64,000 bases of DNA from Rebecca billardiae RCC1528 (taxonomy: Eukaryota > Protista > Haptophyta), in the NCBI GenBank assembly GCA_965240325.2, contig OZ251245.1:1054001-1118000 (forward strand). Direction: 5' to 3'. The notes below the pieces were generated by a model that ran no database searches, had not been told where the DNA came from, and saw nothing but the letters and a program-made list of their open reading frames with translations. The position numbers were made by a program, and so were the translations under genes. Shown one piece after another: positions 31,566 through 42,880 of the stretch (positions within the stretch are counted from its first letter, which is position 1; each line of letters starts with the position of its first letter).

Positions 31566-32654
31566 TAACTACGTTGGTTCTACGGAAGGACCGCGGAACG
31601 CGGTCATATATATATATATATATATATATTTATTATGTATGTCCTTGACCTTGGGCCTCCTTGCGTACGCAACCAACAGCCTGGATGCGGCAGGCGCATA
31701 CTTACTTACATTATTAATAATAATGCAGACACTGCTCCTTGACGAGCACGTCGGGCACGAGGTGCAGCTTGAGAGCTGCGCCATCCGCCAGGCAGCTAGC
31801 CACACAGCTGATCGAACGGCCGCCAGCAGCTGGAGATTGGGTACCTCGCCACTTGAGGCAGCGGGTGCGCGAAAGGTCGCCGCTAGATCGAATCCGACCG
31901 CGGTCGGATGACTTTGACAAGCCTTCATTCGTTATTCGCCGGCTTCACCGTCTAATAGCAGGAAGATGCGAAGAAGTCGGCCAGCCATTTGTACTCAAAA
32001 TCCGAGGGCCCCGCCAATGTATGATCAACGACTGGCTGCAGCAGGAGAGTAGATGAAACTGATGAAAGCCAAGCAATCGATGAGCTGGAATATTGCTGGC
32101 GGAAGACCGCAGCAAGTTTGTAGTCATTGATGCATCGTAACAGCTTGTATGATGCTTGGTGGCGGCGGAGATGGAGAGCGCTCAGGGTGATTGCGCCGCC
32201 AGAGAGATGAATGATTTGTATCCGCCATGAAGCTGTACGCGAACAGGTAGTATGGCGCTTCAACCAGCAGAGGGCCAGCTCGGCTGGAGGCGCGGGGAAC
32301 CGCGAGGCAAGCGGCTGCAGCACGCGCGTCCGATGGTGCGTTGGCGTCGAAAACCGCCAACTGTTTCGCCCTGTACGACGCTAGCGGACAAAGTCGATAG
32401 GCTGGTAGTATATGGCCACGTACTTCTCGCCTGAGCGGACACAATCGATTATTGTGCCAAAAACACCACGATATATGTAACTGCAAGTGCGCGCTGCTAT
32501 GTTATATATATGTTATACGCACCACCAGAAAAGCGCAGACGAAATATGATGAACTTACACGCGCTGCGTGCGCCATCAGACGGCAGGCAGTACTGGTCGC
32601 GGCAGAGTATTCGTCGTACTGCTGGGTAAAGGACTTAGTAGATCATCTTCGTCG

Positions 32655-33722
32655 TCACTCGGCGGCGGCGCCTGCCGCGCAGCTGCTGCCGTGCGCCTGC
32701 TGAGACTTGTCACACGCCTTGGGCTTGCCACCGCTGACGCCATGCTCGTCGTGTCCGCGCCCCGCTGGCTCGTAGTGGTACGCGCGCCGGTCGGCGAGCC
32801 ACCAGCCCGCGGCGAGGCGCGGCGGCGCAAAGACCTTGGCGACGTACGCGAGGGCGCCGATGGTGGCCGCTTGGAAGACCAGCTCGGGCACGGCATACGC
32901 CATCCCACGCTCGAGCACCGCGGCTGCGGCGGCTGCGGCCAGCCACGTTGCGTGCTTGGGAGCGCCGCGGCGCACGCGCAGCTGGTGGGCGACGGCGGCG
33001 CAGACGAGCGTGTGTGCGGATGCGCGCGCGCCGCTGACGCTCGCGGCGGAGGAGAGCATCATTCCGATCGCGGGCATCAGCAGTGCGCACGCGTACACGA
33101 AGTGGTACGTCGCGGCGCGCGCCTTGCCCTTCCGGACGAGTGTCATCATCAGCGGCGCCAGCTGGATGGCGAGCAGAGGCGAAAACGCATGGTCGGGCGC
33201 GGCCGAGATGGCCATGGCGGTGGCGAGCAGCTGCGCGTACGCGTACGAGCGCTTGACGCACGCAATCTCGCCCGGTCGGCAGTGCGCGGGGTACGGCATC
33301 GCGTTCGTCGTGCGCTGCTCACGGTCGCCCCAGCGCGCGCTCACGGCTGAGGCCGCGAGCATGGCCGTGTGCACGGCGACGTGCTGAAGCGGACGGGCGA
33401 GCGCGGGCGGCAGGGCGACGGCGAGGGCGGCGGTGAGCACGTGGCGGAGCGAGAAGACGAGCGAGTGCAGCCGGAACTCGGGCCAGATCATCGGCGCGGT
33501 GTGGTTGCGCTTGCGCGGCAGCGGCAGCGGCAGCGAGAGCAGCGGCAGCGCCGCATGCACGCCAAGCGCCACGAGCTTGGACGGGAGCGGCTCGGACGAG
33601 AGGCGCCAGGCGGAGCCGAGGTAGAAGAGAAGCGCCCAGCGGAGCGCAAAGTTGGCGAGCGCCAGCGCGCCCAGCAGCGCGTGCGCGTGGAAGCGGTCGT
33701 GCTCGGAGAAAAGGCGCGCCAT
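32655..33722 (-). CDS. Multi-pass membrane protein of unknown function with His-containing motifs
   Basis: Several hydrophobic segments with motif-like islands HALLG, MIWPEFRLHS, MPYP, QLAPLMMTLVRKG and YHFVY. Confidence 0.75.
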   Translation of the reverse strand: MARLFSEHDRFHAHALLGALALANFALRWALLFYLGSAWRLSSEPLPSKLVALGVHAALPLLSLPLPLPRKRNHTAPMIWPEFRLHSLVFSLRHVLTAALAVALPPALARPLQHVAVHTAMLAASAVSARWGDREQRTTNAMPYPAHCRPGEIACVKRSYAYAQLLATAMAISAAPDHAFSPLLAIQLAPLMMTLVRKGKARAATYHFVYACALLMPAIGMMLSSAASVSGARASAHTLVCAAVAHQLRVRRGAPKHATWLAAAAAAAVLERGMAYAVPELVFQAATIGALAYVAKVFAPPRLAAGWWLADRRAYHYEPAGRGHDEHGVSGGKPKACDKSQQAHGSSCAAGAAAE

Positions 33723-34015
33723 CGTCGGGACGGCCGGGGCGTGTGGTCAGTGGACGGCCTCGTCCGCGCGGAATGGTACCCGCGCACCGCTGGAGGCAAC
33801 CGGTCCACTGGGGAAGGGCCCTTGCCACCAGCTTGAAGCTGCTCACCACTGGAGGGAAGTTTGCGCCGGAGCGCGCCCACCGCGGCACCGCAGTATTTTC
33901 TCGCGCGCACAATTCGTAGTCGCATGTTATTGCTGAATTCAAATAAGCGCATATCATTTTCCCGCGCAATTTCGTCGCGTCTCGAGCTCGTCATCAGTGA
34001 TTCTGATTCAGACTG

Positions 34016-37000
34016 CTAGCTTGGCTGTGGCGCGGCCGCGCCCGCCGCGCCAACCGCTGACGGAGCGCCCTCGCCCCCGCCGATCCCCAGCCGCTTCTCG
34101 ATGCGCCTGCGCAGGTCGATGGCGGGCTGCCTCACGCGCGAGCGCTGCGCCGTGAGCGGCAGCAGCGCGTCGTGCAGCCGAGCAAACTCGGCGTGGCAAG
34201 CGTCGCACCGCCGCAGCCTGCGCATGCGCGCGCGCGGGCGCGTTCGCATCAGCGGCAGGCCCGGCGTCGGGCGGGGTGGGCATCCGCGTGGTCGGCGTGG
34301 GCGCGGCGCTCGGCAAGGCGCCGCGGGCGTCACTCGGCCCGCGCCTCCGTGCGCACCACCGCGCGCACACCGCTCCTCTGCGCTCAGATCGACGCCGCCC
34401 GCCGCGGCCGCGTGGCCGCCGCCTGCCGCGGCCGCGCGCGTCTCAGCGATCAGCGGCCCAAAGTCCGCAAGCAGCTTGGTGCCTGCGGTGGTCGCCGCCT
34501 CCAGGTGCTCCTCGAAGGGCGACTGCGCGAGCACCGAGCGCAGCAGCGGCAGCACCGACGCCGCGTGCTCGAGCGACGCGCAGCTGCGCGCGCACCGCCG
34601 GCCGCGCGTCAAAAGGGCGGCGGCGCGTGGGCGGTGGCGTCAGGCGCGGGCCGCGCAGTGACGCGGGTTGTGTGTGTGGGCGTGTGGTGCGCGCGGCGGT
34701 GCGGCGGGCGTGTGCGCAGCCCGTCGGGGCCGCGGTGCCGTCTCCACCCCTCCGCATCCACACGTGCGCGCGCCCATCGCGCCACACGCGTCACGGCCGC
34801 AGCCGTCTCCGCCGGCTGCGGCCGCACACGCGCCGCCGAGCGGCGGCGTGCGCAAAGCGGCGGCGCACGCGCGCACACACCTGCGCAGGGCGCCTGAGCG
34901 AACGAAGTCAGCTGTCACCGCCGTGTCGCCGAGCTTGGCGAGGTGGGCGAGCGCGCCGCGCACGTCGCCTGCCGCCCAGAACGCGAGCACGGCTCGCACT
35001 GCGGTCAGCCGAGCGGAGAGCACGGCGAGCTGCACGCTCGAGGGCTCGACCATCTCCGAGATTGCAATCTCCTCCGCAGCGGCGTCGAGCTCGGCGCCGG
35101 CCGCGCCGCCGAGCGCGGCCGCGCCGCCGCCCGCCGCGTGCGGCAGGAACTGGGCGGGGTCCAGGCCGAGCGGGGCGGAGCGCTCAGCCGGGATGATGGC
35201 AGGGGCGGCCGCGTGCCCTTGGGGCGCGCCCGCGCCCGCGCCCGCGCCCACGCCCGCGCCCACGCCCGCGCCCGCGAGCCGAGCCACGCCGCCGTTCAGG
35301 TCCCGACCGCTGCCGCCGCCGCCGCCGCCGCTCGCGCCGCCCGCGCGCGGCTCGGTGTTCCGACCCCGGCGCGCGCGCTCGTCCGCGGCGCGGCGGGCCT
35401 CCGCGCCGCGCTTCTCGAGGGCGAGGGCCTTTGCGATGGCGGCGGCGTCCATGGCCGCGTCTCCGCGCAGGCTCTCGCCCGTCGACGTGCCGATCTCGCG
35501 GTGCTGGCCGGACTCTGAGAGGTCGACGCTGCCGCGCCCGCCGCCGCCGCCGCCATTGCCGCCGCCGCCATCGCCGCCACCGCCGCCGTCGCGACTGGCC
35601 CGGCGGCCAACAGACGGGCGGCGCGCGCCGCCTGCTGCCGCCGCCGGGGTGCCGTTCGCCCCGCGCGCGCCGCTCGCGCGCGCCGCGCCCCTGGCGCCGG
35701 CCCTGCCCGCGGCCGCGGCGTCGCCAGCGCCGTGCGCAGCTGCGCCCTCCTCCTCCTCCTCCTCCGCCGCGCCCTCCTCCTCCTCCGCCGACGCGACGGC
35801 GCTGAGCTCGAGCGCCGGGGAGGGCACACCCCACCCCGCGCGCATGCTCTGTGTCGGCAGCTGGCCGGCCGCGTCCGCCGCCGCCGCCGCCGCGAGCATC
35901 GCGGCGCCGGGCGAGGGCTCGCTCGTGCGGCGCGCGGCCGCGCCGCCGGGGCCGCCGCCGCTCGGCTGCCCGCGCCCTGCGATGACGAGGGCGCCGCCCC
36001 CCTTGGCGGCGGCGGTGGCGGCGGCGGCGCTGATGCCGCCACTTGCGCCGCCAGGCGACTGCGTGACGACAGCCGGCGGGCGCGCTGCCGCATTCGACAG
36101 TCGCCGAGGCTGCGCCGCCGGCGGCTGCCTCGGTGGCGCCGCCTCGGCCGCCGCGCCGCCGGCCGGCGTGCCCGCGCCGCCCGCCGCCGCGTCGCGCGCC
36201 GCCGCGCTCGCGCGCAGGTCGGTGGCGAACGGTGGCTTGACCGCGGCGGCGGGCGTGGCGCCCGCCGCCGCGCCGCGCGCGCGCCCGCCCGCCGCCGCAG
36301 CGTGCAGCTCGCGCGACGGCATGCCCGCCGCGGGCGTGAGCTCGTCAGCGGCGGCGGCGAGCGCGGCCGCCGCGCGCTCGCGCGTGGGCGTGCGCGCGCG
36401 GCTGCTGCCCGCGGAGCGCCGCCCGGCGGCGGGGTGCTGTGCGGACGGGCTGTGCAGCGGCGAGCGCGTGGGCGGCGAGGGCAGCGGCTGCGCGTGCGGC
36501 GGGCTGTGGAGCGGGCTGTGCAGCCCCCCGCCCGCCGGCTCGGCCGTCGCGCCCCCGTGCTGCACGCCAGCCACGCCGCCGCACCCGCCCCCGCCGCCGC
36601 TCAGCACCGCACCCGACGAGTGCGTCCGCCGCACCTCGCGCGCCCACGGCCGCACCATCGCCAGGTCGACGCCCCACACCGAGACGGCCGCGTCGCGCGC
36701 GGAGACGGCGAGGAGCTGCGACTGCTCCGGCAGCTCGCACACGTCCGCCAGCGCGCCGAACGCGCCGCGCGCCTCGACGTGGTCGAGCAGCCGCGCGGGC
36801 TCCCACCCGTGCACGCGCATCCCGTCGTCTGTCGCTGCGTACAGCGCACTGCCGTCCGCGCTGAAGGCGACCGCGCGCGGCGGGAACATGTCGGGCGGCG
36901 CGCTGTCGACGAGCTCGAAGGTCTCGAGGTCGTAGAAGCGGACGGAGCGGTCCCCGCCCACCGCCGCCATCAGGAACTCGCTCGGGTGGAACGCCAGGCT

Positions 37001-37935
37001 GCTGCACGGCCCGCCCGGCGCCGAGGGCGGCTGCAGCTCCGCCAGCATCTTGCCCATAGTCAGGTCCCACAGGCGCACCGAGCCGTCGTCGCCGCCCGAC
37101 ACGACCCAGCGGCCGTCGGGGGAGAAGCGGAGGCACGAGACGCCGCGCGCGTGGCCCTTGTACGTCTGGATGCACGCCTTCCGACGGATGTCCCACACCT
37201 GCGCGGCGCGCGGCGCGGCGCGCGGGCGGCGCGGCGCGGTGTGGGGCGGCGGCGCGCGCGCGCGGCGGCGGCGCGCGCGCGCGGCGGCGGAAAGAGGCAC
37301 AGCGCGCCGAGCACGCCGCGCGCGCAGCCCGCCCGCCCCCGCGCACCCCGCGCGCGCGCCGACGCACCTTGAGGTTCGTGTCGATCGAGCCGGACGCGAA
37401 GAACTCGCCGTAAGGGTGCCAGCCGACGCACTGGCAGTTGGAGCGGTGACCGGTGAGCGTGCGCGCGACCTTGCCGCGCTCGAGGTCCCAGAGCTTGAGC
37501 GTGCCGCCGGAGGAGCCGGCGACCACCTTGTCCTCCGCGTGCTCGAACGCGAGGCACTCCACCGGGCTCGTGTGCCCGGAGAGCGACTGCTCCCGCGCGC
37601 GCACGCGAGCGCGAGCGAGCGCGCCAGCGCCGGGCGCGGGAGCGCGCGCGCTCTCAGCGCAGCCCGTACGGCGGCACGCCGCGCGGGGCGCGCGACGCGG
37701 TGTCGACCGGTGCGCAGCGCGCGCGCGCGCGCGCGCGCACCAGCAGGTTGGCCCCCGTGCTGATACGCCACACGTTCACCTTGCGGTCGTCGGCGCCCGT
37801 CGCCATCAGATCGCCCGACTTCCGGCCGACGTGGACGGCGAGCACGTCGGCCGTGTGCGCGAGCAGGTCGGTGACCTTGTACACGGACACGTGCGTGCGC
37901 AGCCCGCTGGGCCGCGCGCGCGGCCCATCCGTCAT
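34016..37935 (-). CDS. KATNB1: Katanin p80 WD40 regulatory subunit (multi-exon)
   Basis: WD40 repeats SLSGHTSPVEC, HPYGEFFASGSIDTNLK|VWDIRRKACIQTYKGH, FSPDGRWVVSGG, FHPSEFLMA; low-complexity linker; C-terminal con80-like VLSARL...FWAAGD...DTAVTADF, LPLLRSVL..SPFEEH. Introns include 37587-37740 and 37199-37367. Confidence 0.92.
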
Positions 37936-38259
37936 GGCCTGCCGCGCCGCGGAGCAAGACGGGCCCCGGCGCTGCCTCCGCGCGCGGACGCTTGACCGGT
38001 AGCGATGGCTGCCTGTCCTTGACGCTCGCGCATTTTCATCGTGCGCGTTTTTCGTTATATTCCGGCCCGTGCTTTTTTTAAAAATAGGTTTTCCGGCCTG
38101 GAATCCGGCCGGACGGTGGACGACTCCCCGTCGTCGACCACGACGTTGACCCCTGCAGCTATTCGAAAGTCGCGCGTGCGCGGCGCCCGCGCGCCGCCGC
38201 ACGCTTGACCGGTGTGGCCAGGCGGAGGAGCGCTTGACCGGGCGGCCGCCGCGCGCACG

Positions 38260-40270
38260 ATGGGGCAGGCGGCGACAAAGGAGCTGACGATGGCGCAGGA
38301 CCAGGTGCGCGTGCTCACGCTGCACCTGCGCCAGTCCGCCAACCAGCTCGCCGCGACCAAGGCGGAGCTCGAGGCCGCGAAGGCCGCCAAGGCGGGCAGC
38401 CAGAAGGCGTACGGCGAGCTGCAGGCGGCGCGCGAGAAGCTCGAGCTGATGAGCGGCGAGCTCAAGCTGGCCGAGGCGGAGAAGCGCGCGATGCAGCGGC
38501 TCAAGGGCGAGCTGCAGGGCGCGCACGCCGAGGTCGAGGCCGAGCGCCGCGCCAAGGAGCTGCTGAACGCGCAGGTGATCGCGCAGGCGAACGCTCGGCT
38601 CAAGCCAGAGGAGCACCCCGTGTTCGGCGCGCTGCTGTACGACCACGGGTACAAGCGCGTGTACCGCGCGAGCCCCGTGACGGTGTGGGCCGCCACGCCC
38701 ATCTGGGAGAAGCAGCGCGCCTTCCGCGAGGCGCGCGCCAAGACCATCGCAAAGGCGAAACAGAAGCTCGGCACCGCGGGCTGGCCCGGCACCATCACGG
38801 TGTGCGAGCTGCTCGAGGCGGAGGGCGGCGACGGGCACGCGCACGCGAGCTCGCTGGCGCAGGTGGTGGAGGGCACGCCCGCGGGCGACGCGCTCAGCGC
38901 GCTCAACGCCGCCGCCTCCGCCGAGGGCGAGCGGCTCGGCGGCGGCGGCGCGGCGGGCGATGCGGACGGCTCGGCCGCGGCGCCGCCCAGCGCCTCGCCG
39001 CCCCGACACGTCGTGATCGACGGGCAGCACAGGCTGGGCGCGGCGCAGGTGCTCGCGTCGGAGGCGCAGCTGGGCGACTCGCTCAACACCATCCTCGTCG
39101 AGGTGTACCCCAAGGTGCGCGCCACCCGCACCCGCAGAGCCAGAGAGCGCCGCGGAGTCGCGGAATCTCGCCGAGCCGCGCGGAGTCTGAGAGAGAGAGA
39201 GAGACCCGCGCCGCTTGTTGGCCCTCGAGTGAGGGCGGCGTGCGCGCGCGCGCGCGCATGCCTCGCAGCCCGCCGCGTGCGCTGCCCGCGGCGGCGCGCG
39301 TGCGCACGCCGCGGCGTGCCCCGCGTGCCGGCCCCACCGCGCCCCACCGCGCCCCACCGCGCCCCACCGCGCCCCACCGCGCCCCTCCGACCCGCTCCCC
39401 CGCTCGCTCGTGCGACCGCGCGCCTCATCACTCAGATGTCCACCGCAGCCGCGCAGGCGCTGTTCACGGAGATCAACAAGGTGCAGCCTGTGAAGCTGGT
39501 GGACCTGCCCCTGGGGGGCGCGACGCCGAGCGACAACGTGATCATCTCCGGCGCGGTGGAGGAGCTGAAGAGGTGGGCGGCGCTCGCGGAGGGCGCGCCG
39601 CGCGGCGCGGCGCCGAGGCGGGGCGGCTCCGCAGCTCGCGCGCCGCAGCTCGCGGCTCAACTGCACGCCGCCCTCGCGCGCGCGCGTTGTGCACCCCTCT
39701 CGGCCCACGCGCGCGCGCGCAGCCGCTATGCCGCCATGTTCAAGCCCTCGCCCCGCTGCCGCCCGCCGCACGTGCACGAGGACACGCTGCGCGACGAGCT
39801 GCACCGCGCGCGCGTGATCGAGCGGCTTGGCCTCAAGAGTCCGGCCGAGCTCTTCCAGTGGCTGCAGAAGGTGCGCACGCAGGAAGGGGGCTGCGCGCAG
39901 GGGGCCGCGCGCACGCGCACAGCTGGCTGCGCGCACGCGCGCCGCCGTGCGAGCGCACGCGCCCCCCGAGCGTGGCTGCGCGCAGCCGAGAGCGGACGGG
40001 TCCGAGCCCCGTGCGGCTGCGAGGGCGGGGGGCGCCCGCTGCGCCCCCGAGCCTCGCGCGTTCCTTCCGCGCCCGCCTCCCCGCCCGCTGCGCCCGCAGG
40101 TGAACGCGGAGCGGCTGGCCAAGCGGGACGAGCTCTTCGGCGCCGCGAAGAGCCCGAAGGCGCTCGAGAAGGCGGTGGCGCACCAGTTCGTGCTCGGCAT
40201 GGACAACGGCTGGATCCGCGACCACGCGGCGGAGGCGGACGAGGCCGCGCGCGACGAGGACGAGGAATGA
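38260..40270 (+). CDS. Coiled-coil + DGQHR (ParB/Srx-like) domain protein; introns 39115-39435, 39573-39722, 39871-40099
   Basis: WEKQR...RAKTIA, PGTIT, VIDGQHRLGA, LFTEINKVQPV, MFKPSPRCRPPH. GT-AG introns remove the low-complexity inserts. Confidence 0.8.
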
Positions 40271-40746
40271 TGCACCGGCGCCACGGCGCCACCGTGTGCG
40301 CCGGTCCGCTCGCGCGGCGCGGTGGACACTCGCGCTGGGTTTCATGGCGGGAATTCTTGAGAACGTACTCATCGGGGCCTCGTCGTCCTTGGTGGACAAC
40401 AGCGCCGTGTGGCACGCCCGCCAGCGGTTGCTCGCTCGACTGAGCGGACACTCGACACTGACAGTCGACGGCGAGGCGCGTGCGGCACGCGGTGCGCCTT
40501 GGCGGCCGCATTACCTGCGGACTCGGCCCGTGCCGAGTTGCCGACCTCGGCGGCGAGTAGGCGTGGTATGTTTTGGCCCTGCGGCGACGGACGACATGCA
40601 TTTGCCGCACCTGACCAAGGGCCGCACCTGAAAACGGGGGCAGTCGGCATCCTCAATTACCCGTTTGCTGCAGCCTGCAGCGCTGCTGCTGTCCGGGCCA
40701 CCGTGCGCAGAAAGCTGCCGCCATCGTCGCGGCGGGGAGGCCACCG

Positions 40747-41535
40747 ATGATGGAGCAGGAGATGACGTTCAGCGTGCGGGGCGGCGGTCGGTGCGCCGGG
40801 CTGCTGGCCGAGCGAGGCACGCGGCTGGCCGTCGTCGCCTGCCACCCGTGGGGCCCGCTCGGCGGCTCGATGTGGGACATTGTCGTCGACGAGGTCGTGG
40901 AGCTGTTCGGCTCCAAGGGCGGGCTGACGACGCTCCGATTCAACTTCCGCTCGGGGCTCGGACGAGGGCGCGGCTCGGTGGACGACGTGCGTGGCGCGTG
41001 CGCGCACCTGCTCACGCAGCTCGAGCGCCCGCCCGAGCGCATCCTCCTCGTCGGCTACTCGTATGGGTCCCTCGTCGTCGCGGCGGCGGCGGACGACATC
41101 CCCGAGGTGGTCGCCTTTGCGTGCGTCTCGCCGCCGCTGTACTGGGCGTGGGCGCTGTTCATGTGCAACCACGGGACGATGCTGCGCGATGCGCGGCGCG
41201 CGACTGCGGCCAAGCTGCTGCTCGTCGGCGAGCACGACAACTTCTGCTCGGTGCGCGCGTTCAACGACTTTGCAGAGTCGCTGCCGACGCCCAAGCATGC
41301 CGTGGTGCTGCGAGGGTACGTGGACCACTTCAACGTGTACAGGTACGCGCCCGAGCAGCTGGAGCGATGGGCGTGCGCCATCTTTGGCGTCTCGCGCGTG
41401 AGCAACCTCGCCGCGAGCTCCGGGGAGGTCGTCCGCACCGTGTCGGCTGCGGAGGCCCCAGCCGCACCGTCGGCGGCGTCTCCGACCCTGGGCCAGGGCG
41501 CAGCCGTCACGACCGACGCGTTGCTCCGCCGATGA
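40747..41535 (+). CDS. Alpha/beta hydrolase (small serine hydrolase type)
   Basis: HPWGPLGGSM, LRFNFR, nucleophile elbow GYSYG, GEHDNF, DHF. Confidence 0.88.
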   Translation: MMEQEMTFSVRGGGRCAGLLAERGTRLAVVACHPWGPLGGSMWDIVVDEVVELFGSKGGLTTLRFNFRSGLGRGRGSVDDVRGACAHLLTQLERPPERILLVGYSYGSLVVAAAADDIPEVVAFACVSPPLYWAWALFMCNHGTMLRDARRATAAKLLLVGEHDNFCSVRAFNDFAESLPTPKHAVVLRGYVDHFNVYRYAPEQLERWACAIFGVSRVSNLAASSGEVVRTVSAAEAPAAPSAASPTLGQGAAVTTDALLRR

Positions 41536-42880
41536 GTGGCTCGCACCGGCCCACGCGAGACTCGGATCTCCGCCGCTGCCCCAGGTGCCGCGGCCGGCGA
41601 GCAACGGCGCTCGCGTGGCTGGGGCGACGGTAGGCGTACACAGGCTTTGCGGTGCGGCGAGGAGCTAGTCTCGCCACCGCAAAGCTTGCTGACTGGCTGA
41701 CTAGTGACTGGCACGGTCCGGACCGCGGCGCGGCCGAAGTCCGCCGGGCCCGGCGGACCGTCGTCGCCAGGCCCGCGCGGCGGCCGCCGCGCACAGCGCG
41801 GCATTCTCAGTTCAGTATACTAGTGTAGTGGCACTCACTATATTACTTGGCGCCAAAGACGGTACTCCGCGAGGGCGCGGACTCACTAGACTGGTCCGCC
41901 GGAATGGCAATCAGGTTATCAGCGGACCGCCGTCGGACTGATTGCCGCCCGTACGACGCCGTACGGCTGCGTACCGCGGCCTACTCGCGCGTACCGTAAC
42001 CGTACTACGTTTAATATTAATTAAGACAGTCTCATCTATCATATATTTAAGTGAGTCTCTGAGTCTGACGAGTGACGTCGGATCGATTCCACCGTCTAAT
42101 AATTTCCGCCGGCGGTTATAACTCTCATATATCAATCTACGACCGTGACTGACACTGAGTCTGAGTCTGTTCAATAAGACATTTTACAGAGACATTCGGC
42201 ATATATTATAAGTGCACTCATATTTAGCTAAGCACGCCACTAGTCTGAGCAGTACTTATTGGCGCGGTAGACTTTATATAGTAGTTATCACTATATATAT
42301 GCTGGCGGCCTCGTCGCGGAGCCATTTCTCAATTATCGGTTGCAGTCGCCAGTCGGGTCTGACGATGCCACTCACCCCGCTGAGCTATACCGGGACTGCC
42401 CGTAACGGACTAAGTCGCTGCCCGGCGCCGGGGGCCCGGGCCGGCGGCCCGCGAGCCCGCGCGGGCTCACCGGCGGCCGCGGGGCGCCGCGGCTGCCGCG
42501 CCGCGGCCTGCGCGCCGCTGCAGGGCCTCGCGGGAGTCACTCAGACAGCCGGGAGTCGGGCTCGGGCTCGGGCGTGTCCTGACGCTAAATCTGTCGAGTT
42601 TCGCTCCGTGGGCGACGGCCGATCCAAAGGAGCTGCCGTTCTGCTTGAGCTTCTCCCGACAGGGAGCCGCACCGCCAAACGCGGTCAGGCTGACAGCCGG
42701 CGGCGCTCGGTAAGCCCCAAAGCCGGTGGTGGTGGCGTGGGTCCTCGAGGACCCTTACGGGTTCGCTAGAGCTCCATCGAGCCGTCAGCAGCCGCCGCTC
42801 TTCGACGCGATGCGCCGTCAAGCCGTCAAGGCGAAGGCCAGGGCGCAATTGGCGGCGCGCAAGGCGTCAGACCGCTGCTA

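Noticed and set aside
33890-33970. E2F-like TTTTCCCGCG site
   Set aside because: A single short match in CG-rich DNA is not distinguishable from chance.
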